Assembly: GCF_009834535.1 (NCBI RefSeq)
Contig: NC_045697.1
Span: forward strand, 102,550,001 to 102,614,000
Reading direction: 5' to 3'
DNA from: Camelus ferus
Taxonomy: Eukaryota
DNA length: 64,000 nucleotides
Under the pieces are notes generated by a model. It saw only the letters and a list, made by a program, of their open reading frames with translations, was not told where the DNA came from and made no database searches. Made by a program: the position numbers and the translations under genes. This document shows, in pieces, positions 49,077 through 61,431 of the stretch (its first letter is position 1; every line of letters begins with the position of its first letter).

Positions 49077-49556
49077 AATTCTATTTATCATTCCAACTCC
49101 TTCACAAGTAATCTCCAAATTGTTCGAATAAGGAATTACATGATTAAGCTAAATGTTGTCTTCTTTTCCCTGTGGACCTGAGCTAGAGGAAAAGCCCTAT
49201 ATGGGTACTGAAGTTGAAATACACCTGAATTTGAAGGATGGCCCCAAAGAGAGCAACTGCATTCCTCCAGGAAGAGTGTCTCAGCAAGAGAATATGGGGT
49301 GTGCTGGCCAATATGGCCATTCTTACTTGCCGTTTGACCTCAGAATGTAATTCAAGATCATATGCTAGTCTAAGTAGATATCTATGAATTAATGATGACT
49401 GTGTACATTAATCTGTGTTCATACTTTGAGACCCAAGACAATCTGGACTAGAGTTGGCATGGTGGTGGGGCCAGCAGTGAAAACTGAGTCAGAATCTCAG
49501 CAGTCACTGACCAGTGGTCTTTCCAATGTCACATTCAAGGGACATTGGAAGGTAGT

Positions 49557-49659
49557 GGGGAGGGTAATAGCTCAGTGGTAGACCATGGGCTTAGCACACA
49601 TGAGGTCCTGGGTTCAATCCCCAGCACCTCCACTAAAAAAAAAAAAAAAAAAAAAAAAA
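49557..49659 (+). mobile_element. tRNA-derived SINE (camelid type) with pure poly(A)
   Basis: A and B boxes present, about 25 A tail, short flanking repeat attggaa. Confidence 0.88.
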
Positions 49660-50389
49660 TTGGAAATCTAACATTTGGAAAAAGTCATCATCTATACATA
49701 TTTTGCACTTGATAAAATGTACATAACAATAACTGTCCCCTTTTTGCAAATGTCAAATGAGATACAACAGTGAAAGTGCTTTGAAAATAGTGTCTCATGG
49801 AATGTAAGTCCAACTCATTAGCAGTCCGATGGACAAACTGGCCCAGTGTCTCTTCGGCATAATAGACGGTACTGGTCGTTACTGCTGAAGAGAAAAAGGG
49901 AAGACAGACGTGGAGTTTATGGAAATTTGTCTATCCATTTTTTTTAACTGCTTAAGATTACAATGACTTAATCACTCCAAATTTCTAGGTATTTGGGTTG
50001 CCTCCCACAACATGACTCCCAAGTTAGTGATAATATTTATTCTCATCTTGTTTTCAAACATTTATTTCTGATGATGAGTTTAATACATTACAATGCAATC
50101 CTGCTTTGTTGGTAAGTTTGCACGTTATCTAGCTGGACTCACTGCGTTACCAACTTTGGTAAAAAGAAAGTTCACGAGGTTTTTCAAAGGCATGCTGACT
50201 ATCAAACACAGGAACGGTGGAGGGTCTGTCCATTTATCTCACAAAGCATTGTGATATTATTCTGAACATGAACTCACATGTCTTACTTACTTTCTACCCT
50301 CCTCCCACCATGGATATACGTGAAGATTGGCCTCTATACTCCTTTGTTCCATCGTGAGAAATCATTTAATTTGTTTCTATTTTAAAAAA

Positions 50390-50623
50390 ATTCTTACTGA
50401 CGTATAGTTGATTTACAATGTGTTAGTTTCAGGTGTACAGAAAAGTGATTCAATTTTATATACACATATATAAATATTCTTTTTCAGATTATTTTCTGTT
50501 ATAGGTTACTACAAGACATTGAACATAGTTCCCTGGCTGTATAGTAGGTCCTTGTTGTTTATTTACCTTATGTATAGTAGTGTGTATATGTTAATCCCAA
50601 ACTCCTAATTTAGCCCTTCCCCC
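50390..50623 (-). mobile_element. L1 3' end, 5'-truncated
   Basis: gtatagttgatttacaatgtgttagtttcaggtgtacag...gttaatcccaaactcctaattt. Confidence 0.85.
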
Positions 50624-52942
50624 TGATTTGTTCATTAGAAATTTGTTTTAAAGTAGTATTTCACTCAGCCTGTTCTGACTTAGGAGCTCACAGTGCTGTG
50701 CTTCCTCTAATTAATCCCCTCAACACTATTAGATTTAAAAAAAGGTTCGTACCAATGCTCTCTACTGACTACAAATGTAAAGGCAAAAAGGGAAGTTTGA
50801 CTACCAGAGTTTGAAAAACAAAAAAAACAAAAAACCAAAATAAACCCAGCCCTACATTTCTATAATGAGAGAAAAATCAAAGAATGAAGATGGGGGGAGG
50901 AAGGGAGGGAGGGAGGCTGGACAAATTGCGAGGTTTCCTTCCTATATACTTTCTCTCTTTTCATTTGCACAAGAAAGCCTGACATTAGGACCAGGGAACA
51001 CTGATTTATCAAGGGTAATGTTAAGAACATTTACAACAATCCACCAGTTGACTGATAAATAATTACTGAAGACTAGTCCAGGCCCTACTGGGAAGATAAA
51101 GGTGTATAAGGCAGGTTCTTCATTCTCAAAATGCTGAGAATGGGGGAGAAGAAATAATATCGAGGCATAAAAGATGTTATAGTGTTATAATAGTGTTATT
51201 CTTGACTAAAAGTACTTACCTAGCAAAGCAAGTTCTTTGGTTTAAATCCCATCTACATTGGTTATTTTACCTAACACCTTTACCTAACAGAAGGAAGAGA
51301 TCTTGTGTCACAATTAAGATTCGGGGCGAGGTTTTCATTTAGTTCATTAAATGAACCCATCACCATTTGGCACCCTGGGCATTGTTAAGATTTTCTACTA
51401 GTCTCATATCCTTACCCAGGTCTACTAGACTCCTGGGCCAGCCACATCTTCCTACCATAACCATTAGTTTCACAAGCTCCAGCTTTCAACCGCTTTGACC
51501 CACATGGCTGTCTTTCCACCTCCAGTTCAAGATTTCTGCTCTTCTTTTCATCATTCTGTGTATGAGCTACTTCAGTAGAAGCAGAAGCAACCACAAGAAA
51601 GTACATGTCCAGACTCAGAAAAGTTTATCTGTAGGCAGGAAGCCTGGGCCAGTAACACTGTGGCATTGTCATGCTGCTCCAAACATAACCTGTTCAGTTA
51701 ATGTTCTATAAATTCCCTAATGAAAAGATACAACCTGAATATTGCCACAGAAGCAAAACGAGAATATGGAGTTTCTCAAGGTAAGAATTTCCTACTACCA
51801 GTCTCACTGTATCATCCAGTTTGCTTCTATCCTCATTATGGGCGAAAAACAGCAATGCTAGTATTTGTAAGGAATCCTCATCTGAAAATTACCACGTGAA
51901 GATCCATTCATTATTCTTCCTTTGGGAGATAAAGTGCATTTCATCGATGGCATCCCTAGAAAGCAGCTCACGGAATTCCCCCCCAAAAAATTCTCCTTGG
52001 AAAACTTTGACTGGACCTATTCAGCCTCAATGCCACTGGTCCCCAAATGCCTTTCCAAGCAATTTAACAAAACCCTTAAGGCATTGGTAGTAGACAGTTG
52101 AGCTAATTAAGGGGAAAAAACAAAAAGGGCTTAGCAAATAGTTCCTTACTTAAATGTGGACATTTATATGGAAAATTAGTCAGTGGCTGAGTATCTCACT
52201 ACCTGGCTACGTGAAATTTGACCCAATAATCAACCCAATTAGGTATCTGCAGCAGAGAATCCCCTTGACACACCCACTGCTTTGCATTGGGGAAACAAGA
52301 TGGAGAGAAGAAGACTAGAGGAGAGAAAGGTACATGATTTGCAGAGGTTACATCACTAGGAAGTGGGTCCAGGTCACAGGCTCCTGAGGCAAGAAGGCCA
52401 AGGGACACAGGAAGAGCTCAGGATGTCTGTGTCTTTCAAGTGAGAACTAAAATGCACTGGAGAAACGTCAGCGTAAAAGGAAGAAGTGGGTAAGGGGGAC
52501 GTCTTAACTGCTGCTGTGCAATTCTTGCTACATTCTTTAGAAAGTGGGTGGGTCAAAGACCATGTCACAAGTGATGTGTTTTAGTTTCATGAAAGAATTG
52601 AACTGAATCATCAGTTTATCCTGATATTTGGGTATTCATTCAACATTCAGCTAAACAACAAATGCACCCACTTTGAGCTAATGGTACAGGAATAACCCAG
52701 ACAGACAAGGCTCTGACTCTCAGAGAACATTCATTCTAACGAGGGAGACATGATAGAGAAATTAATGATGAACACTGTAATTACATCCAGCAATAACTGG
52801 TATTGTGGCAGATTGTATTTTTCCCAGGTTGCACACAAAAAGAGCTCCCATCCCACATGCTTTCCTGGAGTCATCCTTTAACAAGATATGGAGACTTATT
52901 CCCCCCACCCTTGAATCTGGGCAAATAAAAAGTAGAAAGGAT

Positions 52943-53092
52943 GGAGGAAGGTATAGCTCAGTGGTAGTGCACATGCTTAGCATGCACGAGGTCTTGGATT
53001 CAATCCCCAGCACCTCCATTTAAAAAATGAAGGAAGGAAGGATGGAAGGAAAGAGAGAGAAAGAAGGGAAGAAGGGAAGAAGGGAAGAAGGA

Positions 53093-53180
<88 letters not shown>

Positions 53181-53238
53181 CAAGGAAAGAAGGAAGGAAA
53201 GACAAGGAAAGAAGGAAGGAAGGAAAGAAAGAAAAACA
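52943..53238 (+). mobile_element. tRNA-derived SINE whose tail became a GGAA/GAAA microsatellite
   Basis: SINE head 52943-53018, purine repeat tail, TSD ag(a/g)aaggatg on both sides; nested in an MLT1 LTR. Confidence 0.88.
53029..53236. repeat. Compound (GGAA)/(GAAA)n purine microsatellite
   Basis: About 20 perfect GAAA units at roughly 53091-53178 within a purine tract. Confidence 0.95.
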
Positions 53239-54295
53239 GGAAGGATGCTGAGTGATTTGCAGTGTCACTGTGTCAGAAAATGTTATGCAACTTCCACTCT
53301 GCTATAGGAACACTTAGCTGTTGAAGCCTTCAAAATAAATGTGAAGACAAAAAACTAGAGTGCAAGGTTGAGACAGCTCAAGACCAGGAGTCTTAGTCAC
53401 CAGGAAACCCCACAGAGAAGAGGGCATGAACATCTGAGATAAAGGAGCTGTGGGCCGAGGCAGTATGAGCAGAACCTTGAGATCACTTGATCTTGGTTTT
53501 CAATGGAAATCGAATTTCCAGCCATCATGTAAGAAGTTGGAGGCCACTATGCTGTGAAAAAAGCTAAAACTAGCCTACATGGAGAGCCCATGAAACTATA
53601 CAAATGGGAGTGATGTCTAGCCAGGCCTTCTGTGGCAGCTCCAGTCACCTCCTGACCGCAATTGCATGACAGCCTCCGAGAAGAAGACACCCAGCCGAGC
53701 CTCTCCTCAATTCTTGTTCCAAAGAAACTTAGATATATAATAAAATGACTTCTTTTGCCATAAACTGCTAAGTTTTGGAGTAATTTCTTGCATCATAGCT
53801 GTTGAACAGAACAGTTAAGAAGGAAATGAACAGGTTGGGGCACAGAGAGTAACCAAGAATGAGGGCTAGTTTAAACAGGGAGGCCACTGAAACCCCATCT
53901 CAAGAAAAGGATGTGTACAGTCTGGAAAAGGGCATCCCAGATAAAAGAAAAAACCAAGACCTGAAGACGATGGGTAAGGACTGGTCATGGAGGCCAGATG
54001 GGCTGGAATATTGGAAGCAAGGTGAAGAACGAGGATGGAGATGTAGGCAGGAGACAGTTATGCAAGGTATTGTAGGCACTTATGAGGAGTTTGGGTTTTA
54101 TTTTAAGTGTGTTGGAAAACCCTTGGGTGACTTACAGCCACTGGCTAATACCAGTCCATACCCATTACTCCAGCTACCTTGGCTCCAAGGCTCTCCCTCC
54201 ACAAGCTACAACTCCCCTCATGTATGATTATTAATCCAAATAACAGGCTTCTGCATCCATTGGAAACCAAAATCAAGTGACATCAAGAGGCAGTA

Positions 54296-54913
54296 CATCT
54301 GTATCATTTTTGAGATTCCACATATAAGTGATACCATATGATATTTATCTTTCTATGACTGACTTCACTTAGTGTGATCATCTCTAGGTCCATCCATGTT
54401 GCTGCAAATGGTATCATTCCATTCTCTTTATGACTTAGTAGTGTTCCCTTGTATATACACACCACATCTTCTTTATCCAATCACCTGTTGATGGACATTT
54501 AGGTTGCTTGCATGGCTACTGTGAATAGTGCTGCTATGAACATTTGGGTGCATGTATCTTTCCCAGTTAGAGTTTTCTCTGGATATATGCCCAGGAGTGG
54601 AATAGCTAGATCAAGAATTTATTTACAAAACAGAAACAGACTCACAGACAGAAAACAAACTTATGGTTACCAAAAGGGAAAGGGGCAGAAGGATAAATTA
54701 GCAGTTTGGGATTAGCAGCTACAAACTATTATATATGAAATAGAAAAACAACAAGGTCCTACTGTATAGCACAGGGAAATATATTCAATATCTTGTAATA
54801 ATCTATAAAGAAAAAGAATATATATATATGTATAACTGAATCACTATGCTATGAACCAGAAACTAACACAACATTGTAAATCAACTATACTTTAATATAA
54901 AAAAATTTCTTTT
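54296..54913. mobile_element. L1 insertion with inverted 5' segment (twin priming)
   Basis: 54296-54613 is minus-strand L1 ORF2-end sequence, 54615-54905 is plus-strand L1 3' UTR and tail; degenerate TSD aagaggcagta / aaaggacagta. Confidence 0.82.
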
Positions 54914-55364
54914 AAAAGGACAGTAATCCACAACCCCAGTCTCCAGTTTCCGCTCATATTACATGACCCACATCTCTTTCATTTCAGAGATCCACACCTT
55001 CTCCTCTACAGGATTTTCTGAGACTGAGACTTCTAGTCCTAAGTCTCTCAACCTTGCACTCTAGTTTTTTTATCTCCATATTTATTTCCCCCACAAGGAG
55101 CTTCATTTTTGTATTTCCCCAAGACCCTACCACTGAGCACATACCTGCTGAATGAATGACTTGCTAGAACAATGAACAGCCATGAAAGACACAACAAATG
55201 TTTCATTTAGTAGCCAAATCAACACATTTAGTAAATTGTAATCTCCCAACTGTGTCCTGAAATGGATATCTTGATGGGCTCTTCTGGGTGAAGTCTATTG
55301 TGCCCAAGGCCTTCAATAAATCTGCCCTGATTTCTGAGGTTTGTGGAGTCTGGTTTTTAAAAAA

Positions 55365-55530
55365 AAAATTTTTATTGAAGTATAGTCAGTTTACAGTGTT
55401 GTGTCAATTGCTGGTGTACAGCACAATGCCTCAGTCATACATGAACATACATATATTTTTTTTCATATTCTTTTTCACCATAAGCTGCTACAAGATATTG
55501 AGAATAGTTCCCTGTGCTATACTGTATGAA
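55365..55530 (-). mobile_element. L1 3' end, 5'-truncated
   Basis: ttttattgaagtatagtcagtttacagtgttgtgtcaatt...gttccctgtgctatac. Confidence 0.85.
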
Positions 55531-56204
55531 CTTGTACAGCATGTGAAATTCTAAAGACACTCCCTGACATTTCAGCTTTGTGAGCAAAGAAGGGAAGCAG
55601 AGGGGGGATGGGAGGAGTTGGGGCAGGGTGGACCGGGTGGTCGACTGGTTCTTATCATAACTGTTTAGTTTCATTTACATTTTTCTCTGGGTTGCTCAGG
55701 TCCCGGGCAGTGTTATTTGATGTTGAACACCTGCCTTCCCACAGGGAAAGCTGCCGCTAGCACTGTCAAGAGAAGCGTTGACATTTCTGCTCTATACAAT
55801 TGTACGACAGAGCTAAAAGGTGGACACCCAGGAGCTCCCGTCTGGTTTGTGGGATTTTGGCTCAAAAGGAGTCATTGGCCCCATTGACCATTCAAATGTA
55901 CCTGGAGTTTCTCCTTGGGCTTTTGGTTTCTATGGAAGAAGCAAGCTTGTCTGTGTACTGAAGCCATTTGAATTTGTTCATTGGCCATTTTCGTGGATCT
56001 CAGTTCACTCTTTGGTGAGATGTGAGAGATGAGTAAAGCCCTAGACGGTATTGTGCTAGGCTGATTTTCCCGGAGTCCGTGGTTGCATTCAATCTGAGCT
56101 ATATTCAGATTGGAAGTTACATGACTCGGAGAGCTTTCTGTCCTGAGAATCTGGAACAATTCATAGGTTACTGGATAATAACAAATACACAGGAAGTTCG
56201 AGAG

Positions 56205-56586
56205 TGGCACTTCTCAAACTTTCGTGTCCATACTAATTACTTGGACATCATATAAAATGCAGATTTAGATATAGTAGGTCTAGAGTAGGGTCTAAGACTC
56301 TGCATCTCTAACAAGCTTCTGTGTGATGTTCATGCCCTGGTCCAGGACCATAAGTAGTGTAGTAAGTGTCTAGTCTAGACTCCGGATTCTACAGTCCATG
56401 CCCTTAGAATTGTGGTTCTCAAAGCATTAGACCACTATCCTCTAGCACTACCTGGGAACTTGTGAAAAATGCAAGTTCTCAGCTCCCATCCCGGACCTGC
56501 TAATCAGAAATTTCCGCGGTGATGCTCAGCACTCAGTGTCTTAAGAGGCCCTGCAGGGAATGCTGATGCGTCCTGAAGTTTAAGAA
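56205..56586. mobile_element. Two adjacent MER5-like MITEs in opposite orientation
   Basis: About 56205-56368 (aaatgcagatt...tagtaggtct...ctgcatctctaacaagct) and 56410-56586 (gtggttctcaaag...acctgggaacttgtgaaaaatgcaa). Confidence 0.6.
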
Positions 56587-56615
56587 GGAAGGTCATCAAG
56601 ATTCACTCAAGTGAA

Positions 56616-56781
56616 ACAACAAGGGCCTACCGTACAGCACAGGGAACTGTATTCAGTACCTTGCAATAACCTGTAATGGAAAAGAATATGAAAAGGAAAA
56701 TATATATGTATCACTGAACCACTATATTGTACACTAGAAATTAACACAACATTTAAACTGACTATACTTCAATTAAAAAAA
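56616..56781 (+). mobile_element. L1 3' end, 5'-truncated
   Basis: acaacaagggcctaccgtacagcacagggaac...actatacttcaattaaaa; TSD attcactca(a/g)gtgaa at 56601 and 56782. Confidence 0.85.
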
Positions 56782-59604
56782 AATTCACTCAGGTGAACTA
56801 AAGAATTTTAACCACGGTCTTCAAGTTTGGATCAAATAATCAACAACTTTAGAATCAATAAATTTAATGTGTGGAACTCAAATCTAGGGTTTAGAGTTTA
56901 AATTTATTTAAAAAATGTTTCACTCTCATCACCAAGTTGCAACTGCCAGATAAAAATCCTTGGTTACTTTTTCACATGTAAAAAAGAATCACTTCAATCT
57001 TCATTTAAAGGTCCTCTGGTTCAATAATAAGATCTTTGGACAAGTCCAAAATCCTGAAAGCCAGGCTCTTCGAACCCTGGTATGGACACCAGGCCAAGGG
57101 GCATCGGAGTTCCTGAAGTCCAGGCACGTCTTTGAACACTCCCAGTGGCCTTGTGGTTATCCATGAAGGGAGGCAGACAGATAACTGGTTGCTATCTCAG
57201 GCTGAAAAAGGGTGGACTCAAGAGTCATTTCCTCTGCTCAAATGGAGTAAGCCAATTGGAGGCCCTCCTGAAATGATTGGCAGGATCAACAGGCCAGTGA
57301 GAATTAGACTTCCCTCCCAGCACAGGCTGGAAAAACAGCTCTGACCTCAGACCTGGAGGCAAAATTCCCAGGGCTGCCAGGACTATGTTAGCTGTCCATC
57401 ACCTCTGAGAGGGCAAAAGAGCAGATCCCTCCCCAGGTCACTGGAGCAGGTAGAACCTGGAGCCCGTCCAGACCACGTAACACCCCCCGGAACGCCTGGG
57501 AATCAGGCTTAGAGCCTTCGTTATTTACTGTGGTTTCAACTTTCACAACTGGGACTGCTTTGCAATTTCAGTTTTAAGAGTAATCTTGGGGAGAAATACA
57601 TAAACCCCTGCCTAATACCTTCTCAACCGTAACTATGCTGGTCCGAGACTAGCATAGCAGCAACTGAATAATGCTGACTAATAATATGTTGGCCTCCTTT
57701 AGCACTTTTCATCTGAAGACCTCAAAAGCTCTACCCACACGACCTCACTAAGCCTTAGAACAGCTTCTGCGAAATACATGGGAAATATTATTATCACCAT
57801 TTCTCAGGCAGGAAAAAAAAGCGTCAGTGAATTACCCAGATCGCACTCTGAGCTTGTAACTGGGCTCAAGGCTGAGCGCGGGTGGAGAGATTTGGGGCAT
57901 TGAAGGGGCTCAGGAAGAGGGCGGGTGAAATACGGCAATCCGGACAGAAAACAACTTTGGCTGTAATGTGGGCAACATTAATCATAGAACCAGTAGAGTT
58001 ACTAAGAAACAGAAAGGAGGGTTGGCTTTGAGAATGTTTGTTGTCACTGTTTTATTTCAGGAGACATTTTTTTTTACCTCCATGCTTTGCTTGAGTCCTT
58101 CTTTGTGTCCGTGTAGGTTTGGGGGAAGAGGGTTGAAGGGAGGTCCTTGCCTTATCTCTCTGCATGGCTCAAGTTCATCTCCTGAACTTCTGCCCAAACA
58201 TCAGTGACTTAAGACATTGATCCGTACTTTCCTGATTGTTCCCTCGACTCCAGCTTCTTTTGCCAATACTGTTTTTGTAATCCACATTTTATTTACACAA
58301 CAATTGCAGAAATTTCCCAAAGGGCTCATTGAGGATATTATCAAAATACCTCAGATTTCCTGAACTGATAAGTGAGTATTTAAAACTTTTTAGAATAGTG
58401 CAATTGCCTCCCTTTCTTTTCCTCTTTTTTTCCCTCTCTTTCTGTCTTTCTTTTTTCTTTCCTATTTTAAAATGTCAAAGCCTTCCTGACATGCTTTGGC
58501 CATGGAAATGGAACATATTTTCTCATTAGGTTAATTAATGGCTCTGCTTGGGTGGCATAATTTGGTGTAAGTTTCCTTTTAGAATTCTGTCATAACTAAA
58601 AACGATCTTATTTTTGTTATGTTTTGTGGTGTCTTTAAATTTTTATGACTTCTACTTTGTTTAGTCTGTGTGTAATCCTTCTTTTGAAACCTAATGTCCT
58701 AGAAAATTTACAGTTTTCTCTCAAAACTGGCACTTTTTACATTTTACGGTGATTCCTGTTTCTTTGGTTCTCACTAGAACTTCATCTAAGTCCTTAAGGT
58801 GTAATTCGCAGCTCAGGGAATTTATGATTACATCGTCAAAGTAAACTCCCCAAGTGCAATATATTAAACCTGACAAGACGCTGTTCATTAATCTTTGAAA
58901 TACAGCCAGGTGTGATGTAGTGAAGTGAACCTTCCAACCCAGAACAGCTGAAGAACTCGGAGCTGCCCCCCACTGGGAAGGATTCCTTCCTCCTCACTGC
59001 CAAGGCCGCCTGGGTGGGGACCGAGAGGGCCAAATGCCCTTCCTTTGCCAACTGTGGTGTTCCCTGTCTCTGCTGGTGTTCCTACAGCCCTGCAGCTTCT
59101 CACCTTTTCAAGCATTTGTTCATTCAGCAAATATTTATTAAGCGCCTACTTTGGTTCAGGCACCAGGTGGACATGGAAAGCCCGTAGTAACCAAAACAGA
59201 AACAATCCCTCGCTTCATGGAGCTTATAGTTTTCGGGTCTAGCCATAGGCAAAGGCTCAAGATTCTTTTATTCGGTGCCACCAAAGCCACAAACTGCATT
59301 GCCTGAATGTGCAGCATTTCTTCTCAGCCCCACAGGTAGCTTTGATGCTAAACAACTCCCGTTGTCTGTGAGTGAGATTGCAGTACAGCCTGATGAGTGC
59401 TGGGATAGAGATTTGCAAATGGCACCATCAAAGAGGACTAGCCCAAAGTCACCTTGGGGGCAATCAGTGCTTGGTCAAAAAAGTGCAGTCAAGCTAATCA
59501 CTGTGGAACACCACCTCTAGAACAGCAGAGAAAATCCAGATAAAAGGCAGTACCTCTTAAAGGCAGAGTCAGTCTCCCCCCAGACCCTTCTGTTTGCCTG
59601 TAAA

Positions 59605-59870
59605 TGGGCTAAATGCCGTGTGGGATTCTGGAATGGATTCTGAAACAGAAAAAGAACATGAGTGGAAAAACAGGTGAAATCTGTACAGCCTGGAGTTTAG
59701 TTCACAGCAATATGCCAATACCGATTTCTTCATTTTGTCTAATGTGCTGTGGCAATGTAGACATTAACGCCAGGGAAACAGGGCGAGGAGTGTTTAGGAA
59801 CTCTTTGTACTATCTAAGCAACTTCTCTATAATTCTAAAACTATTCCAAAATAGAAAAGTTTACTTAAAA
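59605..59870 (+). mobile_element. Old L1 (L1MD/ME class) 3' end
   Basis: tgggattctggaatggattctgaaacagaaaaagaacat...ggaactctttgtactatct...ctaaaactattccaaaata. Confidence 0.65.
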
Positions 59871-61308
59871 GACGTTTGCTTATGAAACAGAATCCTTAAG
59901 GTGAATAATAAAAAGCTACTTTTGAAAAAGAACATAGTAGACATGGAAAAGATACAGCTCCCAAGGCAAAGTTACACATTTTTCTCGAAACTAAGGAGAA
60001 ATATATCTAGAAACCCAAAACCCAGGAACTGAGATTCTACTAAAGACAATATTCTCATTAAATTTTTCCTTCTGTCACTCATACTACAGTGAGTTTGCTC
60101 TCACTGGTTTTAAGAACTCCTTTTAAGGTGTATGTAAAAGAAACAATTGAGCAGAAGAATCGTATGTCCCAAGTGAAAGAAGCGAGATTTCTATCATTTT
60201 ATTTCTTTCACTCTCTGAATCTACAACACTCATTCTCTCATCATTGGCACCTTCCCCAGTTCACACACATACACACTCACATCCCAGATCACTGCTGAAA
60301 CACAGCTACTTTGTCCTTCCCTTTCCTGGTCTGCACACACACTCTTCATTGCCCTGTACTAGCCTGGCTGTGTAGAAACTTCTTTCTAAGTAGCACAACA
60401 AGTATCGATGTGCGCAGATGGAAGATCTTCCTGACTTAGAATTACATTCAAGAGGAGGTGGCTTATAGCATCCAGTCAGGGGTTCTTGTTTTTGTTAGAC
60501 TTGTGGGGCAGTTACACCATCTGTGTAGAACACACCCCCATTTAAATCTTTTCAGGGAGAATTTTTCATTTCAGAATAAAAACGGTGGCGATGAAAGCAC
60601 TAATTTTTTTTTTTTTTTAACTAGCTGCACGCTTGAAAAGATAATGGTTTTGTAAACCAAGTGTAAACCTCTGGATAAACTGCTGGCTGCAGTAAGGGAC
60701 TTCCTCAGAGAGCTGAGTGAGTCTTGCAACATTCAAATGGTGCCTTGTTTAAGGTGAAAATTTCTCCCCATCCGGAGAAATGGATCATAGAATTAGGGTA
60801 TTAGTGCTGGGAGGATTCCTAGAGATCATCTAATATAATTTTATCATCTTGAAGATGAGAAAAACAGGCCTCGGGGCTTGTGCCTTAGCTAAGGCTTTAA
60901 TGACTGAGCTGAGCCAAAACCATCCCCCTGGAGGCCAGGCCCACTGCTGCCTTCTCTGTGCTGCGCTGGCCCTTCAAGATGGGGGCCAAGCTCTGGGGGT
61001 TTTACTACGAAGTCTCAAGAAGTTTGTTTTGTGGTCCGCACTTTCTTTGTTTAACTGCAACAAGGTGCACAAAAGTCATTTGTAAGCTGGGACGTACCCC
61101 ACACCTGTCATTTGTCACTGACGCTGTTGTTACTGTCATTATTATTATTTACAACTGGCTTCGAGAGAGACTGGATGCCTGCAAATTCTACAAATTCTGT
61201 GCTGGAAAGAAAGGCAGGTTTTTCGTGCGGACGATCATCTTCTGTTCCCTCCCTTCTGATGCCACTGCTTTCCCAAGGGGTCCCCTGTTCTCTTTAAGAA
61301 TCTGCTTT

Positions 61309-61431
61309 CTGAAATTGAAAATATATATATATATGTATGTATGTATATGTATAACTTAATCACTTTGCTGCACACCTGAAACTAACACTGTAAATCAACT
61401 ACACGTCAATTAAAGTAATAATAATAATAAC
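61309..61431 (+). mobile_element. Very short L1 3' end
   Basis: tatatgtataacttaatcactttgctgcacacctgaaactaacactgtaaatcaactac; TSD agaatctgcttt 61297-61308 / 61432-61443. Confidence 0.8.

Larger units (their letters stand above)
52805..53813 (+). mobile_element. MLT1 (ERVL-MaLR) solo LTR with nested insertions
   Basis: Starts tgtggcagattgtattttcc, contains catgtaagaagt...gaggccactatgctgtga, ends ctaagttttggagtaatt...aacagaaca. Confidence 0.65.

Noticed and set aside
49521..49550. 10-bp stem-loop ttccaatgtc/gacattggaa next to a SINE
   Set aside because: Within chance expectation for this window size.
52977..53268. FLSF/KERK repeat ORFs (also 37833-38144)
   Set aside because: Translations of GAAA/TTTC microsatellites.
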